From an uncultured Rhodoferax sp. (GTDB taxonomy: Bacteria; Pseudomonadota; Gammaproteobacteria; Burkholderiales; Burkholderiaceae_C), in NCBI GenBank assembly GCA_964558425.1, contig CAZLDV010000010.1:132-64131 (forward strand): a stretch of 64,000 nucleotides of DNA. The letters are read 5' to 3'. Of the stretch, positions 1-11,168 are shown piece by piece. Each line of letters starts with the position of its first letter. Positions within the stretch are counted from its first letter, which is position 1. A program made the position numbers and the translations under genes. The notes under the pieces are model-generated. The model searched no databases, was not told the origin of the DNA, and saw nothing but the letters and a program-made list of their open reading frames with translations.

Positions 1-133
1 CGACGTTTTTCACGGCGGTGCGGTATTGCGAGCGCAGCGAGGTATTTGCTGCGTTGATCTTGACGTCCTGGCGGACGCGCTTGCGGCCCGACGCCAGGCG
101 CGGGTTCTTTTTCTTGGGTTTGGTGGATGCCAT
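1..133 (-). CDS. rpsT: 30S ribosomal protein S20 (5' part; runs off window edge)
   Basis: Manual minus-strand translation from ATG at 133: [44 protein letters not shown]; divergent from murJ as in the conserved rpsT-murJ arrangement. Not in the ORF track. Confidence 0.93.
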   Translation of the reverse strand, partial: MASTKPKKKNPRLASGRKRVRQDVKINAANTSLRSQYRTAVKNV

Positions 134-251
134 GGTTGAAATTCCTTGTGTCTGTGGATGATGCCAGCAAAGCCCGCCATTCTACCCGCCCGGCGGGCTC
201 CAGGCCATTGCCGCCGTCCGGCCCGTCCTGTGCCCGGCTACACTCGCTGCC

Positions 252-1817
252 GTGAGCCTGTTCAAAGCCGCTTCTACCGTCTCTCTGCTGACACTGGCCT
301 CACGCATCACCGGCATGGTGCGCGACTTGCTGATGGCCTCGATGTTCGGGGCCAGCGCCATGACCGATGCGTTCAACGTGGCGTTTCGCCTGCCCAACAT
401 GTTCCGGCGCCTGTTTGGCGAAGGGGCCTTCAGTCAGGCCTTCGTGCCGGTGCTGGGTGCGACCCTCGGTGAGCAGGGCGAAGCCGCCACCCGGCAATTG
501 GTCGATCGGGTTGCCACCGTCTTGAGCGCGGTGCTGGCGCTGACCTGTCTGGTCGGCGTGCTCGCCGCGCCCGCACTGGTCTGGTTGATGGCCAGCGGCC
601 TGGAACAAGACCCGCGCGGCTTCGACGCAGCGGTGGTGATGGCGCGCTGGATGTTCCCGTACATCGGTTTCATGTCGCTGGTGGCGCTGGGTGCCGGCAT
701 CCTCAACACCTGGAAACGGTTTGCCGTGCCGGCCTTCACTCCGGTGCTGCTCAACCTGTCGATGATTGCCGCCATCTGGCTCGGCGCACCGTGGTTCGCG
801 CGCATCGGCATCGAGCCGATCTATGCAATGGTCGTGGGCGTCATGGGCGGGGGCGTGCTGCAGCTGGCACTGCAGGCCGAGTCCTTGCGCCGCCTGGGCA
901 TGTTGCCCCGGATACGCTGGAACCAGGGTGGATTGCGCGCCGCCTGGGCCGACTCCGGGACCCGGCGCATCGCCACGCTGATGGGGCCGGCCTTGCTCGG
1001 TGTCGGCGTGGCCCACCTGTCGGCGATCATCAACCTGCAGATCGCGTCACACCTGACCCCGGGCAGCGTCAGCTGGATGAGTTATGCCGAACGCCTGATG
1101 GAGTTTCCCACCGCGATGCTCGGCGTGGCACTGGGCGTCGTACTGACGCCGCAGCTGGTGGCTGCCCATGCGGCAAAGGACACGCAGGCCTATTCGGACA
1201 TGCTGGACTGGGGTTTGCGCCTGGTGGTGCTGCTGGCCTTGCCCTGCACCCTGGCCTTGCTGGTGTTTGCCGAACCGCTGGTGGCCACCTTGTATGCGCG
1301 CGGTGCGTTCACCAGCAACGATGTGCAGCAGACCACCCGCGCCTTGATGGGTTACGGAGCGGGCCTGATCGGCATTGTCGCGATCAAGGTGCTGGCGCCC
1401 GGCTTTTACGCCAGCCAGGACATCCGCACGCCGGTGCGCATCGCGATCATGGTGCTGGTGATCACCCAACTGCTCAACCTCGTGCTGGTGCCGCTGTTTG
1501 CGCATGCCGGTCTGACACTGGCGATCAGCCTGGGCGCGCTGGTCAACGCATCGGCCTTGCTGTGGGGCCTGATACGGCGCGGGCGTTACCGTCCGTCGCC
1601 CGGCTGGACGGTATTCCTGTTTCAGGTTGTGGCTGCCTGCGCCTTGTTGGCGGTGTTCCTGATGTGGGCCACCAGCCATCTGCAATGGAGCGGCGCCGGG
1701 GTGCACGAGCTGCGGCGACTCGGGATTTTTGCTATGGTCATGGCTGGCGCGGCGGTGATCTATTTCGGCGCCTTGTGGGGCGCCGGGCTCAAAGTGCGTG
1801 GTTTCATGCGCCACTGA
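252..1817 (+). CDS. murJ: Lipid II flippase MurJ (MviN)
   Basis: 521 aa, GTG start; SRITGMVRD, DAFNVAFRLPNMFRRLFGEGAFSQAFVP, YAERLMEFP motifs; many TM segments. Confidence 0.96.
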   Translation: MSLFKAASTVSLLTLASRITGMVRDLLMASMFGASAMTDAFNVAFRLPNMFRRLFGEGAFSQAFVPVLGATLGEQGEAATRQLVDRVATVLSAVLALTCLVGVLAAPALVWLMASGLEQDPRGFDAAVVMARWMFPYIGFMSLVALGAGILNTWKRFAVPAFTPVLLNLSMIAAIWLGAPWFARIGIEPIYAMVVGVMGGGVLQLALQAESLRRLGMLPRIRWNQGGLRAAWADSGTRRIATLMGPALLGVGVAHLSAIINLQIASHLTPGSVSWMSYAERLMEFPTAMLGVALGVVLTPQLVAAHAAKDTQAYSDMLDWGLRLVVLLALPCTLALLVFAEPLVATLYARGAFTSNDVQQTTRALMGYGAGLIGIVAIKVLAPGFYASQDIRTPVRIAIMVLVITQLLNLVLVPLFAHAGLTLAISLGALVNASALLWGLIRRGRYRPSPGWTVFLFQVVAACALLAVFLMWATSHLQWSGAGVHELRRLGIFAMVMAGAAVIYFGALWGAGLKVRGFMRH

Positions 1818-1868
1818 GCATGTCCAACCCTGCCGTGCCCAAGGCAGCTTCGTCGAAAGGGTCGTCCC

Positions 1869-2723
1869 ATGCAACTGTCATTCGATGTTCCCACCCCGCT
1901 GGAATATTTTGCGGCGCTGGTGCACAGCGACGATGCGTTCCCGCTGCTGGAGGCGGCCATCAGCCTGGCGCAGGATGAATACCCGGACCTCGACGTCCAG
2001 CAGGTGCTGGGTGAAGTCGACCAGCTGCTGGCGCGGCTCAAGCGGCGCATCCCGGCGGACGCGGCGCCGTTGCACAAGCTGCGCCTGGTCAACCAGTATT
2101 TTTTCCGCGACCTGAGTTTCCGCGCCAATGTCAACAACTTCTACGACCCCGACAACAGCTACCTGAATGTGGTGCTCCGCACCCGCTGCGCGATTCCGAT
2201 TTCGGCGGCCGTGTTGTGGCTCGAACTGGCGCAGGGCCTGGGTCTGGCGGCGCGGGGGGTCGGATTCCCGGGCCATTTCATGGTAAAGGTCAACTTGCCC
2301 AAGGGCCAGGTCGTGATCGACCCGATGGACGGCCAGTCACTGAGTCGCGAGCAACTGGCGGAGCGGCTCGAACCCTACCGCCTGCGCAATGGCCTGGTCG
2401 ATGAGTTCGAAGTGCCGCTGGGCCTGTACCTGCAGTCGTCCGCACCGCGCGAGATACTCGCGCGCATGCTGCGCAATCTCAAGGAGATCCATCGGTCGCA
2501 GGAAGACTGGGGCCGTCTGGTCGCGGTGCAGGACCGGCTGATTGTCTTGCTGCCGCAAGCGTGGTCGGAATACCGGGACCGGGGCCTGGCTTTCGCCGAA
2601 CTCGGTCGCAGTGCCCAGGCGGTGCAGGACCTGGAGACGTATCTGGCCAACGTCGATGAGGGGCTCGATATCGACGCGATCGCGCTGCGGGTCGCCGAAC
2701 TGCGCCGCACGCCCAGCGACTGA
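1869..2723 (+). CDS. SirB1/YchA family protein (transglutaminase-like core + TPR)
   Basis: FYDPDNSYLNVVLRTRCAIPIS, GVGFPGHF, ILARMLRNLK, EYRDRGL motifs. Confidence 0.88.
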   Translation: MQLSFDVPTPLEYFAALVHSDDAFPLLEAAISLAQDEYPDLDVQQVLGEVDQLLARLKRRIPADAAPLHKLRLVNQYFFRDLSFRANVNNFYDPDNSYLNVVLRTRCAIPISAAVLWLELAQGLGLAARGVGFPGHFMVKVNLPKGQVVIDPMDGQSLSREQLAERLEPYRLRNGLVDEFEVPLGLYLQSSAPREILARMLRNLKEIHRSQEDWGRLVAVQDRLIVLLPQAWSEYRDRGLAFAELGRSAQAVQDLETYLANVDEGLDIDAIALRVAELRRTPSD

Positions 2724-2743
2724 GCGCGTGTCAGGTAGCGGCG

Positions 2744-3811
2744 TCAGCGGATCTCGACCGGCGCGCCTGCTCCGATCGGCGCGATGGCGCCGATCACATG
2801 CACCGATTCGCCGTTCTCGCGCAAGGTCTGCGCCGTGGCCTGGGCATGGTCCCTGTCGATCACCACCACCATGCCGATGCCGTTGTTGAAGGTGCGGTTC
2901 ATCTCGTGGTCGTCGATGCCGGAGGTCTGTTGCAGCCACGCGAACAACTCGGTGCGGGGCCAGCTGCCCTTGCGCAGGTGCGCCGCCATGCCCTCGGGCA
3001 GCACGCGCGGAATGTTCTCGAGCAATCCGCCGCCGGTGATATGGGCCAGCGCCTTGATCGGATGGCGGGCCAACGCGGCCAAGACCGGCTTGACGTACAA
3101 GCGGGTTGGCGCCATCAGCGCCTGCCGAAAGTCCTGCCCATCCAGGCGCGCGGGAAGCCGCGACGCGTCGCGTGCCTCGCCGGTGCCGGCAACCCGGTCG
3201 ATGCATTTGCGCACCAGGCTGAAGCCGTTCGAATGCACGCCGCTGCTGGCCAGTCCCAGCACCACGTCGCCGGGCTCGATGTTCCTGCCGGTCAGGATGG
3301 CCGACTTTTCGACCGCACCGACGGCAAAGCCGGCCAGGTCGTATTCGCCCGGCGGGTACATGCCCGGCATTTCGGCGGTCTCCCCGCCGATCAACGCGCA
3401 GCCCGACAGCTCGCAGCCGCGCGCAATGCCGCCCACCACCGCGGCGGCGGTGTCGATGTCGAGCCGGCCGCAGGCGAAATAATCCAGGAAGAACAAGGGC
3501 TCGGCGCCTTGCACCAGCACGTCGTTCACGCTCATGGCCACCAGGTCGATGCCCACCGTGTCATGCATGTTCCATTCGAAGGCGAGCCGCAGCTTGGTGC
3601 CCACGCCGTCGGTTCCGCTGACCAGCACCGGTTCGCGGTACTTCTTGGGGACTTCGAACAAGGCGCCGAAACCGCCGATGCCGGCCAACACGCCTTCGCG
3701 CATGGTCTTGCGGGCCAGTGGTTTGATGCGCTCGACCAACGCGTCGCCGGCGTCGATGTCGACACCGGCGTCCTTGTAGGTCAAGGTGGAAGAGGGGGTG
3801 GCAGTGGTCAT
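2744..3811 (-). CDS. purM: Phosphoribosylformylglycinamidine cyclo-ligase (AIR synthetase)
   Basis: [44 protein letters not shown]; start trimmed to ATG at 3811. Confidence 0.97.
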   Translation of the reverse strand: MTTATPSSTLTYKDAGVDIDAGDALVERIKPLARKTMREGVLAGIGGFGALFEVPKKYREPVLVSGTDGVGTKLRLAFEWNMHDTVGIDLVAMSVNDVLVQGAEPLFFLDYFACGRLDIDTAAAVVGGIARGCELSGCALIGGETAEMPGMYPPGEYDLAGFAVGAVEKSAILTGRNIEPGDVVLGLASSGVHSNGFSLVRKCIDRVAGTGEARDASRLPARLDGQDFRQALMAPTRLYVKPVLAALARHPIKALAHITGGGLLENIPRVLPEGMAAHLRKGSWPRTELFAWLQQTSGIDDHEMNRTFNNGIGMVVVIDRDHAQATAQTLRENGESVHVIGAIAPIGAGAPVEIR

Positions 3812-3914
3812 GGCGTCAGGGCAATCGGGCCGGCATGGTTGCCAGCGGGCGGGGGGCGCAGCGCAGCCCGATAGAATTTGTCCAGATTCTACGGGTTGAC
3901 ACCCGCACGCTTGT

Positions 3915-5000
3915 ATGCAATTCACCGCAACCCAGAAGTCCGCCGCCACATGGGTCGCGATCGCTGCGTTCGTCGTATTTTCCCTTTGGTTGCTGGCACC
4001 GGTTCTGACGCCTTTCGTCGTCGCGGGGGTGTTTGCGTATGCACTGGCGCCGCTGGTGGACCGGCTCGACCGCAAGCGCGGTGGCAAGTTGCCGCGCGTG
4101 GTTGCCGTGGTGCTGGTGCAAATCCTGCTGTTTGTCGTTCTGCTGGGAATTGCACTGTTGATCGTCCCCATCCTGGCCAAGGAACTGCCGCTGTTGCGCG
4201 AACAGGTGCCGATCCTGTTTGATCGGTTCAATCACGTGCTCAAGCCGTTGCTCGAGCGCATGGGCATCACGCTCTCGCTCGATGTCGGGAATATCAAGGC
4301 GTTCGTCGTGAAGTACCTCAATGCGAACTTCGAGGACGCATTCGGCTCCATGATGGCGTCGCTCAAGCTCGGTGGCAGCGTGGCGTTTGCACTGATCGGC
4401 AATGCGGTGCTGATCCCGGTGGCGTTGTTCTACCTGCTGATGGACTGGCACCGTTTCGTCGGCTCGATCATGGATCTGGTGCCGCCACGGATGCGCGCAT
4501 CGGTGGACAGCTTCACCGGCGAGGCTGACCAGGTGCTGGGCCAATATCTGCGTGGCCAGTTGCTCGTGATGCTGATCCTGGCGGCCTTCTACAGCATCGG
4601 TCTGGCCTTGTTCGGCCTGGACCTGGCGTTGCCGATCGGTGTCTTCACCGGCCTGGCGGTGTTTGTGCCGTACCTGGGCTTCGGACTCGGTCTGATTCTT
4701 GCCACGCTGGCCGGTGTGCTCGAGTTTTCCGCCGATCCGGGACCGGCCAAGGCGCTGCTGATGGTTGCGGTGGTCTACGGTCTGGGCCAGCTGGTCGAGA
4801 GCCTGTATCTGACGCCACGCCTGCTGGGCGAACGGATCGGGCTGCATCCGCTGGTGGTGATCTTCGCGTTGCTTGCCTTTGGACAACTGCTCGGATTCGT
4901 CGGTGTGCTGATTGCGCTACCGGCCAGCGCGGTCCTGCTGGTGGCGCTGCGTCGGGCTTTTCACGGCTATCAGCACAGCGATCTGTACCAGAAGGCTTGA
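3915..5000 (+). CDS. AI-2E family (PerM-like) transporter
   Basis: Hydrophobic 361 aa; [25 protein letters not shown]; divergent from purM as is typical. Confidence 0.9.
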   Translation: MQFTATQKSAATWVAIAAFVVFSLWLLAPVLTPFVVAGVFAYALAPLVDRLDRKRGGKLPRVVAVVLVQILLFVVLLGIALLIVPILAKELPLLREQVPILFDRFNHVLKPLLERMGITLSLDVGNIKAFVVKYLNANFEDAFGSMMASLKLGGSVAFALIGNAVLIPVALFYLLMDWHRFVGSIMDLVPPRMRASVDSFTGEADQVLGQYLRGQLLVMLILAAFYSIGLALFGLDLALPIGVFTGLAVFVPYLGFGLGLILATLAGVLEFSADPGPAKALLMVAVVYGLGQLVESLYLTPRLLGERIGLHPLVVIFALLAFGQLLGFVGVLIALPASAVLLVALRRAFHGYQHSDLYQKA

Positions 5001-5006
5001 GCGGCC

Positions 5007-5693
5007 ATGAAGCAGATGGCACTGGATATCGGCCTGGCCACCGGGCCGACACTGCAGAACTTCTTTCCCGGGCCCAATCGGCCGGCTTGGGAGCATCTGC
5101 GGCTGTGGCTGGGCCGCGGCGGCGCGCCTGCGGCCCGATCTCCGGTGCCCACCTATCTCTGGGGCCCTGCGGGCAGTGGCAAGACGCACCTGCTCAAGGC
5201 GGTGCGGGAGGCCTTGCGCGAGCAAGGTGCCGTGGTCGGCTGGCTCGACGCCGGCATGCAGGAGCCTCCGTCCTTCTCCGAGTCCTGGACGGCGGTGCTG
5301 CTGGACGATGTCCATCTGTTCACCGCGGTGCAACAACATGCGGCATTCAACTGGTTCGTGCATGCCCAGACCTTGCAGCGGGCGGTGCTGGCTGCCGGCG
5401 ACCAGCCGCCGGCGGCCCTGCGCCTGCGTGACGACCTGCGCACCCGGCTGGGCTGGGGCCATGGTTTTGCGCTCACGGTGCTCAGCGAGCCCGAGCGGCG
5501 CGCCGTGCTGCGGCAGGCGGCGGATGCGCGTGGCGTGTTTCTGGGCGACGAGGTGATGGATTTCATGCTGACCCGCTTCAGCCGTGACCTTCCCAGTCTG
5601 ATGGAACTGCTCGAACTGATCGATGCGTATGCATTGCGTACCAAGCGGGCCATCACCGTGCCGATGATCCGCGCCATGATGGAGGATTCCTGA
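5007..5693 (+). CDS. hda: DnaA regulatory inactivator Hda
   Basis: N-terminal clamp-binding-like QMALDI, Walker A GPAGSGKTHLL, DLRTRLGWG; purM-perM-hda synteny. Confidence 0.92.
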   Translation: MKQMALDIGLATGPTLQNFFPGPNRPAWEHLRLWLGRGGAPAARSPVPTYLWGPAGSGKTHLLKAVREALREQGAVVGWLDAGMQEPPSFSESWTAVLLDDVHLFTAVQQHAAFNWFVHAQTLQRAVLAAGDQPPAALRLRDDLRTRLGWGHGFALTVLSEPERRAVLRQAADARGVFLGDEVMDFMLTRFSRDLPSLMELLELIDAYALRTKRAITVPMIRAMMEDS

Positions 5694-5697
5694 GCCA

Positions 5698-6432
5698 ATG
5701 ACCCATTTCCCGCCCGACACCGCGGCAACAGCGGCGGCACGACCGATACGGGTGACCTTGTTCGACCTGGACCACACCTTGTTGCCGATCGACTCCGACC
5801 ATGCCTGGGGGGTTTTCACCACCACCATCGGCTGGACCGATCCGGACGCATTCGCACGGCGCAACGAAGTCTTCTTCGCCCAGTACCAGGCCGGTACGCT
5901 GGACATCCACGACTACGTGCGCTTTGCAACGCAGGCGATACGCCAGCGTGGTGCGCAAGCGGCGCATGCGGCCCACGCACGGTTCATGGAGCAGGTCGTG
6001 CGCCCGGCCATCCGCGACGAGGCATTGGCGCTGGTGCGCATGCACCAGCGTCGCGGTGACCAGGTGGTCATCATCACCGCGACCAACGCCTTCGTGACCC
6101 GGCCGATCGCCGAGGCCTTCGGTGTAACGGACCTGATCGCGGTGGAACTGGAGCTGGACGACGCGCCCGGTGGCAGCGGCTGGATCACCGGCGCGATTGC
6201 AGGCATTGCGTCCGCGCGCGAAGGCAAGGTGCAGCGGTTCGAACAATGGCTGCGCGCACGCAAGCTGGATCGGGCGGACGTGGCCGTCACTTTCTATTCG
6301 GATTCCACGAACGACCTGCCGCTGCTCGAACGCGCCGATGAACCGGTGGCGACAAACCCGGATCCGCGCCTGCGCGCGATCGCCCAATCGCGCGGTTGGC
6401 GCATACTGGACCTGTTCCCGACTACACCATGA
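5698..6432 (+). CDS. HAD-IB family hydrolase
   Basis: LFDLDHTLL motif I, IITATN motif II, FYSDSTNDLPLL motif IV. Confidence 0.9.
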   Translation: MTHFPPDTAATAAARPIRVTLFDLDHTLLPIDSDHAWGVFTTTIGWTDPDAFARRNEVFFAQYQAGTLDIHDYVRFATQAIRQRGAQAAHAAHARFMEQVVRPAIRDEALALVRMHQRRGDQVVIITATNAFVTRPIAEAFGVTDLIAVELELDDAPGGSGWITGAIAGIASAREGKVQRFEQWLRARKLDRADVAVTFYSDSTNDLPLLERADEPVATNPDPRLRAIAQSRGWRILDLFPTTP

Positions 6433-8039
6433 TCAAGAATTTCATCGACAAGCTGCTGGGCAAGAAGACCGCCGGCAGCCGCAAATCGCCGTTCGGCAAA
6501 CGCCGTGACGTGCCGGCCGAAGAGCACCGGATCGACCCCGCTCTGGTCGACGAGCGCGCCAATACCGTCGTGCGCACGCTCCAGCAGGCGGGCTACTCGG
6601 CGTATATCGTCGGGGGCGCGGTACGCGATCTGCTGGTGGGCATGCGGCCAAAGGACTTCGACGTGGCCACCAACGCCACGCCCGAACAGGTCAAGAGCCT
6701 GTTTCGCCGGGCGTTCATCATCGGCCGGCGTTTTCGCATCGTGCATGTGGTGTTCGGCCGCGGCCGCGAGCACGAAGTGATCGAAGTCTCGACCTTTCGC
6801 GCGTTTCTGGACAATGCCGCCGCCGGTCAGGTCGCTGGCAACGAACGCACCAGCAAGAGCGAACTGGCCGGCATGACCCATGCGGTGGATGCCAGTGGGC
6901 GGGTGCTGCGCGACAACGTCTGGGGCCCGCAGGAGCAGGATGCGGCGCGCCGTGATTTCACGATCAACGCGATGTATTACGACCCGCAGACCCAGATCGT
7001 CGTCGATTACCACGGCGGGATCCAGGATGCCACCAAACGGGTGCTGCGCATGATCGGCGACCCGGCGCAGCGTTACCGGGAAGACCCGGTGCGCATCATC
7101 CGCGCGGTGCGTTTTTCGGCCAAGCTCAAGGCGCTGGGGTTCACGATCGAACCCAAGACGGCCGCGCCGCTGGTGACCATGAAGGCCTTGCTGGCCGATG
7201 TGCCGCAAAGCCGCATGTTCGACGAAATGCTCAAGCTGCTGCAGACCGGGCATTCGCTGGCAACCATCGAGCAGCTCAAGGAACTCGGGCTGGGCAAGGG
7301 CATTTACCCGTTGCTGGATCTGGTCGTTGAACGCGCGCAACAGCCGTTCGTACGGGCAGCGCTGCAGGACACCGACCGGCGCGTCGGCGAAGGCAAACCG
7401 GTGGCGCCGAGTTTTCTGCTCGCCTGCGTGTTGTGGTCCGACGTGCATGTGGCGTGGCGCCAGCGCATGGAAGAGCCCCACCGCCAGCCGCCTTTTCCGG
7501 CGCTGCAGGACGCGATCGACCAGGTTTTTTCCGAGCGTATCGGCGACGTGTCGGGCGGCGGCCGGCTGGCCTCGGACATGCGCGAGATCTGGATGATGCA
7601 GCCCCGTTTCGAAAAGCGGGTTGGCAATTCCGCCTTCAGTCTGGTGGACCAGCCGCGGTTCCGCGCGGCCTTCGACTTCATGCGGCTGCGCGCGGACACC
7701 GGTGAGGTCGAGGAGGTGCTGGCCGACTGGTGGCAGGAGTTCAGCATGGCCAACGACAGCTTGCGCGCCGACATGGTTGCGCAGGTGCGCGACGAACAGG
7801 GGCGCAAGATCACCCGGGCGCCTCGTCCACCCCGCAACCGTGCCGCCGCGCCAGCCACCGTCCTCGACGACCCGGCGGCGGCATCGCCATCCGCCGCGAC
7901 CACGGCGATCGCGCAGGGCGATGCGGGCAACGCCAGCGAAGCGGGCGATGGCGGCGATGCGCCGCGCAAGCGCCGGCGTCGCCGCCGGCCGACCGGCGCG
8001 CGGTCGGCCGATGCGCCGGACCATCCGCCTGCGCAGTGA
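6429..8039 (+). CDS. pcnB: Poly(A) polymerase I
   Basis: VGGAVRDLL, PKDFDVAT, IIGRRFRIVHV, RRDFTINA, EDPVRIIRAVRF; Arg-rich C-tail; ATGA overlap with HAD stop. Confidence 0.95.
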   Translation: MIKNFIDKLLGKKTAGSRKSPFGKRRDVPAEEHRIDPALVDERANTVVRTLQQAGYSAYIVGGAVRDLLVGMRPKDFDVATNATPEQVKSLFRRAFIIGRRFRIVHVVFGRGREHEVIEVSTFRAFLDNAAAGQVAGNERTSKSELAGMTHAVDASGRVLRDNVWGPQEQDAARRDFTINAMYYDPQTQIVVDYHGGIQDATKRVLRMIGDPAQRYREDPVRIIRAVRFSAKLKALGFTIEPKTAAPLVTMKALLADVPQSRMFDEMLKLLQTGHSLATIEQLKELGLGKGIYPLLDLVVERAQQPFVRAALQDTDRRVGEGKPVAPSFLLACVLWSDVHVAWRQRMEEPHRQPPFPALQDAIDQVFSERIGDVSGGGRLASDMREIWMMQPRFEKRVGNSAFSLVDQPRFRAAFDFMRLRADTGEVEEVLADWWQEFSMANDSLRADMVAQVRDEQGRKITRAPRPPRNRAAAPATVLDDPAAASPSAATTAIAQGDAGNASEAGDGGDAPRKRRRRRRPTGARSADAPDHPPAQ

Positions 8040-8557
8040 GCCCGGTGGTGCGCGATCCGGTGCTGGCCTACATTGCGCTGGGTGCCAACCTGGGCGATCC
8101 CGTGGCAATGCTCGGCCGCAGCATCGATGCCATCGCTGGTCTCGCGCAAGTCGAGCTGCTGCGCCGGTCCGGCCTGTACCGCAGCGCACCGGTCGAATCC
8201 AGCGGGCCCGATTACATCAACGCCGTTGTGTGCGTGCGAACGACGCGCAATGCCTACACGCTGCTGGCGGGGCTGCAGCAAATCGAACAATCGGCCTTGC
8301 GCGAACGCCCCTACCGCAATGCGCCGCGCACGCTCGATCTGGATCTGCTGTTGTATGGCCAGGCCCAGATCGACAGCGCGACGTTGACCGTCCCGCACCC
8401 GCGCATGGCGCAGCGGGCGTTCGTGCTGCTGCCGCTGGCCGAGATTGCTCCGGAGCAGGTCGAGGCCGCGCAATTGCAGGCGGTTTCGGCACAGTCCTGT
8501 CAGCGCCTGGGCTGTCCCCGCCAGGGGGACATCGACCTGCCACAGCCATCGTCGTGA
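8036..8557 (+). CDS. folK: 2-amino-4-hydroxy-6-hydroxymethyldihydropteridine diphosphokinase
   Basis: AYIALGANLG, PRTLDLDLLLYG, PHPRMAQRAFVLLPL; GTG start overlapping pcnB stop; pcnB-folK synteny. Confidence 0.94.
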   Translation: MSPVVRDPVLAYIALGANLGDPVAMLGRSIDAIAGLAQVELLRRSGLYRSAPVESSGPDYINAVVCVRTTRNAYTLLAGLQQIEQSALRERPYRNAPRTLDLDLLLYGQAQIDSATLTVPHPRMAQRAFVLLPLAEIAPEQVEAAQLQAVSAQSCQRLGCPRQGDIDLPQPSS

Positions 8558-8636
8558 CAGCGTCGCAGCCTGCGACGCGGACTGCAGCAACGACAGGGCT
8601 TGTCTCGCGTGCGCGCCAACACACCCGGGCGCCGCT

Positions 8637-10967
8637 TCAGCCCTGCTGCAACAGTTCCCACAGCCGGTTCGGCGTCAGCGGCATCTGCAGCAGCGGTATG
8701 CGCGCGGCCAGGCCATTGCGTGCCAGCGCGTCAGCCACCGCGTTGACCACGCACGGCGTGGCGCCGATGGTGCCGAGTTCGCCCACGCCCTTGACCCCCA
8801 GCGGGTTGGTCGTGCACGGAGTGCCCTGGTCCATTTCGGTGCGAAACGGTGGCGCCTGGTCGGCGCGCGGCGCCGCGTAGTCCATCAGGCTGCCGGTCAG
8901 CAACTGGCCCGAATCGGGGTCGTACACCACCCGTTCCATCAAGGCCTGCCCCAGTCCCTGCACCGCGCCGCCGTCGAGCTGGCCGGTCACGATCATCGGG
9001 TTGATCACGCGTCCCACGTCGTTGACCGAGCTGTAGCGCACCACCTCGACCTGCCCGGTCTCGGGTGTCAGCTCGATCTCGCACACATGGCAGCCGTTGG
9101 GCCAGGACGGCCCGCCCACGGCGCTGGTGGATTCGAGATGGATGCGCTGGCCTTGTTGCTCGCCGGCCAGCTCGAACAAGCCGATGCCCAGGTCGGTGCC
9201 CCGTACGGCGAAGCGTCCGGCGCGGTAGTCGATGTCCTTGGCGTCGGCTTCCAGCCGGGCGGCGGCCAGCCCACGGGCATGGTCGATGGTGCGCTGCGAG
9301 CCGACCTTGACCGCCGAGCCACCGATGAAGGCCGAACGCGATCCTGCGCTGCCGAAACCTTCGCCGCGGTCGGTGTCGCCGAGCACGATGCGGATGTTGT
9401 CCATCGGCACGTCGAACACGTCGACCACCAATTGCGCCAGTGACGTCGCGATGCCTTGGCCCATGCCGTTCACCGCCGAGAACACCTCGATCGTGCGGTC
9501 GGCCAGCACCGTGACCGTGACGCGCTCTTCGAACACATTGCCACTGGTCCATTCCAGAAAGGTCGCGATGCCCAGGCCGCGCCACTTGCCGCGTTGACGC
9601 GACTGGGCTTCGCGCGCGGCAAAGCCATTCCAGTCGGCCAGCGCCAGGCCCTGGTCCATCACGTGTTCGAAACGCCCGCAGTCGTACACCTGTGCCATCG
9701 GATTCCTGTACGGCATCTGTTCGGGCTGCACGAAGTTGCGTCGGCGCAGCGCGATGCGATCGATGCCCAGCTGGCGCGCCGACTCGTCCATCAGGCGTTC
9801 GATGATGTAGATCGACTCGGGCCGGCCGGCACCCCGGTAGGCACCTACCGGCGCGGTGTGCGTCAACACCGCATGCAGATGCAGGTCGATGAGCGGGATG
9901 TCGTACACCGAGGTAATGACCCAGGGACCGACGATCAGCGGGATGGCCACGCCAGGCGATGTGGCGTAGGCGCCCACGTTGGCGTGCGATTGCATGCGCA
10001 GCGCCAGGATGCGGCCGGTGTCGTCGAAGGCCAGTGCCACCCGGCTCTGGTGGTCGCGCCCGGCCGCGCTGCTGAGAAACTCCTCGCTGCGCTCCGAGAT
10101 CCACTTGACCGGACGTTTGAGTGTCCATGCGCACCAGGCCACTGCCGCGTCTTCGGAATGCATGCCGCCCTTCATGCCGAAACCGCCGCCGACGTCGCCC
10201 ACCGTGACACGGATCTGCTCGGCCGGGATGCCCAACACCGCATGCAGCGTGGACTTGACGCCCGAGGGCATCTGCGTGCTCATGCGCACGAGCAGGCGCC
10301 CGTGCGACGGGTCGATCAGGGCCAGGATGGAGCGTGGCTCGAGGGTCAATGCCGCCACGCGTTGGTTGGTGAGTTCCAGCGTCACGACATGGGCCGCACG
10401 CGCGAACGCCGCATTCGTCTGGTCCGCCTGGCCATGCCGCATTTCAGCTGCGATGTTGTCGGGCGCCGCGTCGCATACGCTGGGTGCACCATGGGCCAGG
10501 GCCTGTTCGAGTGTCACCACCATGGGCAGCTCTTCATAGTCCACCAGCACCGCCTCGGCCGCGTCGCGCGCCTGCTGCAGCGTTGACGCGGCCACCAAGG
10601 CCACCGCTTCTCCCACGTAGCGCACGCGTTCGTGCGCCAGTGGATGGCGCGCGGCGGTGACGCCCGGCGAGCCATCGGCACGCTGGAAGCCGACCGTGCC
10701 AGGCATCGGCTTGACGCCCGCGGCGACCAGGTCCTTGCCCGAATAGACCGCCGCCACGCCCGGCATGGAGCGGGCAGCCGAGGTGTCCACCGACACGATG
10801 CGTGCGTGCGGATACGGGGAGCGCACGAAGCACAGCTGCAGACACTGCGGGTAGCTGCTGTCGTCGGTGATGTCATCGGTGAATCGGCCTTGTCCGGTGA
10901 GCAGCTTGTCGTCCTCGATGCGGAGAACCGATTGGCCGCTGCCGAAGCGCGTGATGGTGTCGTTCAT
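8637..10967 (-). CDS. Xanthine dehydrogenase/CoxL-family molybdopterin-binding large subunit
   Basis: RIEDDKLLTGQGRF, VRSPYPHARI, DVGGGFGMK, AYRGAGRPE, NPLGVKGVGE; start set at ATG 10967. Confidence 0.9.
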   Translation of the reverse strand: MNDTITRFGSGQSVLRIEDDKLLTGQGRFTDDITDDSSYPQCLQLCFVRSPYPHARIVSVDTSAARSMPGVAAVYSGKDLVAAGVKPMPGTVGFQRADGSPGVTAARHPLAHERVRYVGEAVALVAASTLQQARDAAEAVLVDYEELPMVVTLEQALAHGAPSVCDAAPDNIAAEMRHGQADQTNAAFARAAHVVTLELTNQRVAALTLEPRSILALIDPSHGRLLVRMSTQMPSGVKSTLHAVLGIPAEQIRVTVGDVGGGFGMKGGMHSEDAAVAWCAWTLKRPVKWISERSEEFLSSAAGRDHQSRVALAFDDTGRILALRMQSHANVGAYATSPGVAIPLIVGPWVITSVYDIPLIDLHLHAVLTHTAPVGAYRGAGRPESIYIIERLMDESARQLGIDRIALRRRNFVQPEQMPYRNPMAQVYDCGRFEHVMDQGLALADWNGFAAREAQSRQRGKWRGLGIATFLEWTSGNVFEERVTVTVLADRTIEVFSAVNGMGQGIATSLAQLVVDVFDVPMDNIRIVLGDTDRGEGFGSAGSRSAFIGGSAVKVGSQRTIDHARGLAAARLEADAKDIDYRAGRFAVRGTDLGIGLFELAGEQQGQRIHLESTSAVGGPSWPNGCHVCEIELTPETGQVEVVRYSSVNDVGRVINPMIVTGQLDGGAVQGLGQALMERVVYDPDSGQLLTGSLMDYAAPRADQAPPFRTEMDQGTPCTTNPLGVKGVGELGTIGATPCVVNAVADALARNGLAARIPLLQMPLTPNRLWELLQQG

Positions 10968-11168
10968 GACGTGATGTCCTTGCTGGTCGTGGATGGCCGC
11001 GCCGGCAGATCGCGCGTGCACGCGAAGGATTGTGCGTCAAAGTCGTCGGACGAACCGACGGCCGACCACCGGTCGACATTCACCGTGGAAAGCCGGCATG
11101 CTTGCTGCCTGCGCGCCTGTGCCATAGCACGCGCCGGCCCCGGCTATTGCGTTCAGTGTCGCCCCACA

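Noticed and set aside
8637-10967. Aerobic CO dehydrogenase coxL (form I)
   Set aside because: Lacks the AYxCSFR motif and the coxMS/DEFG context.
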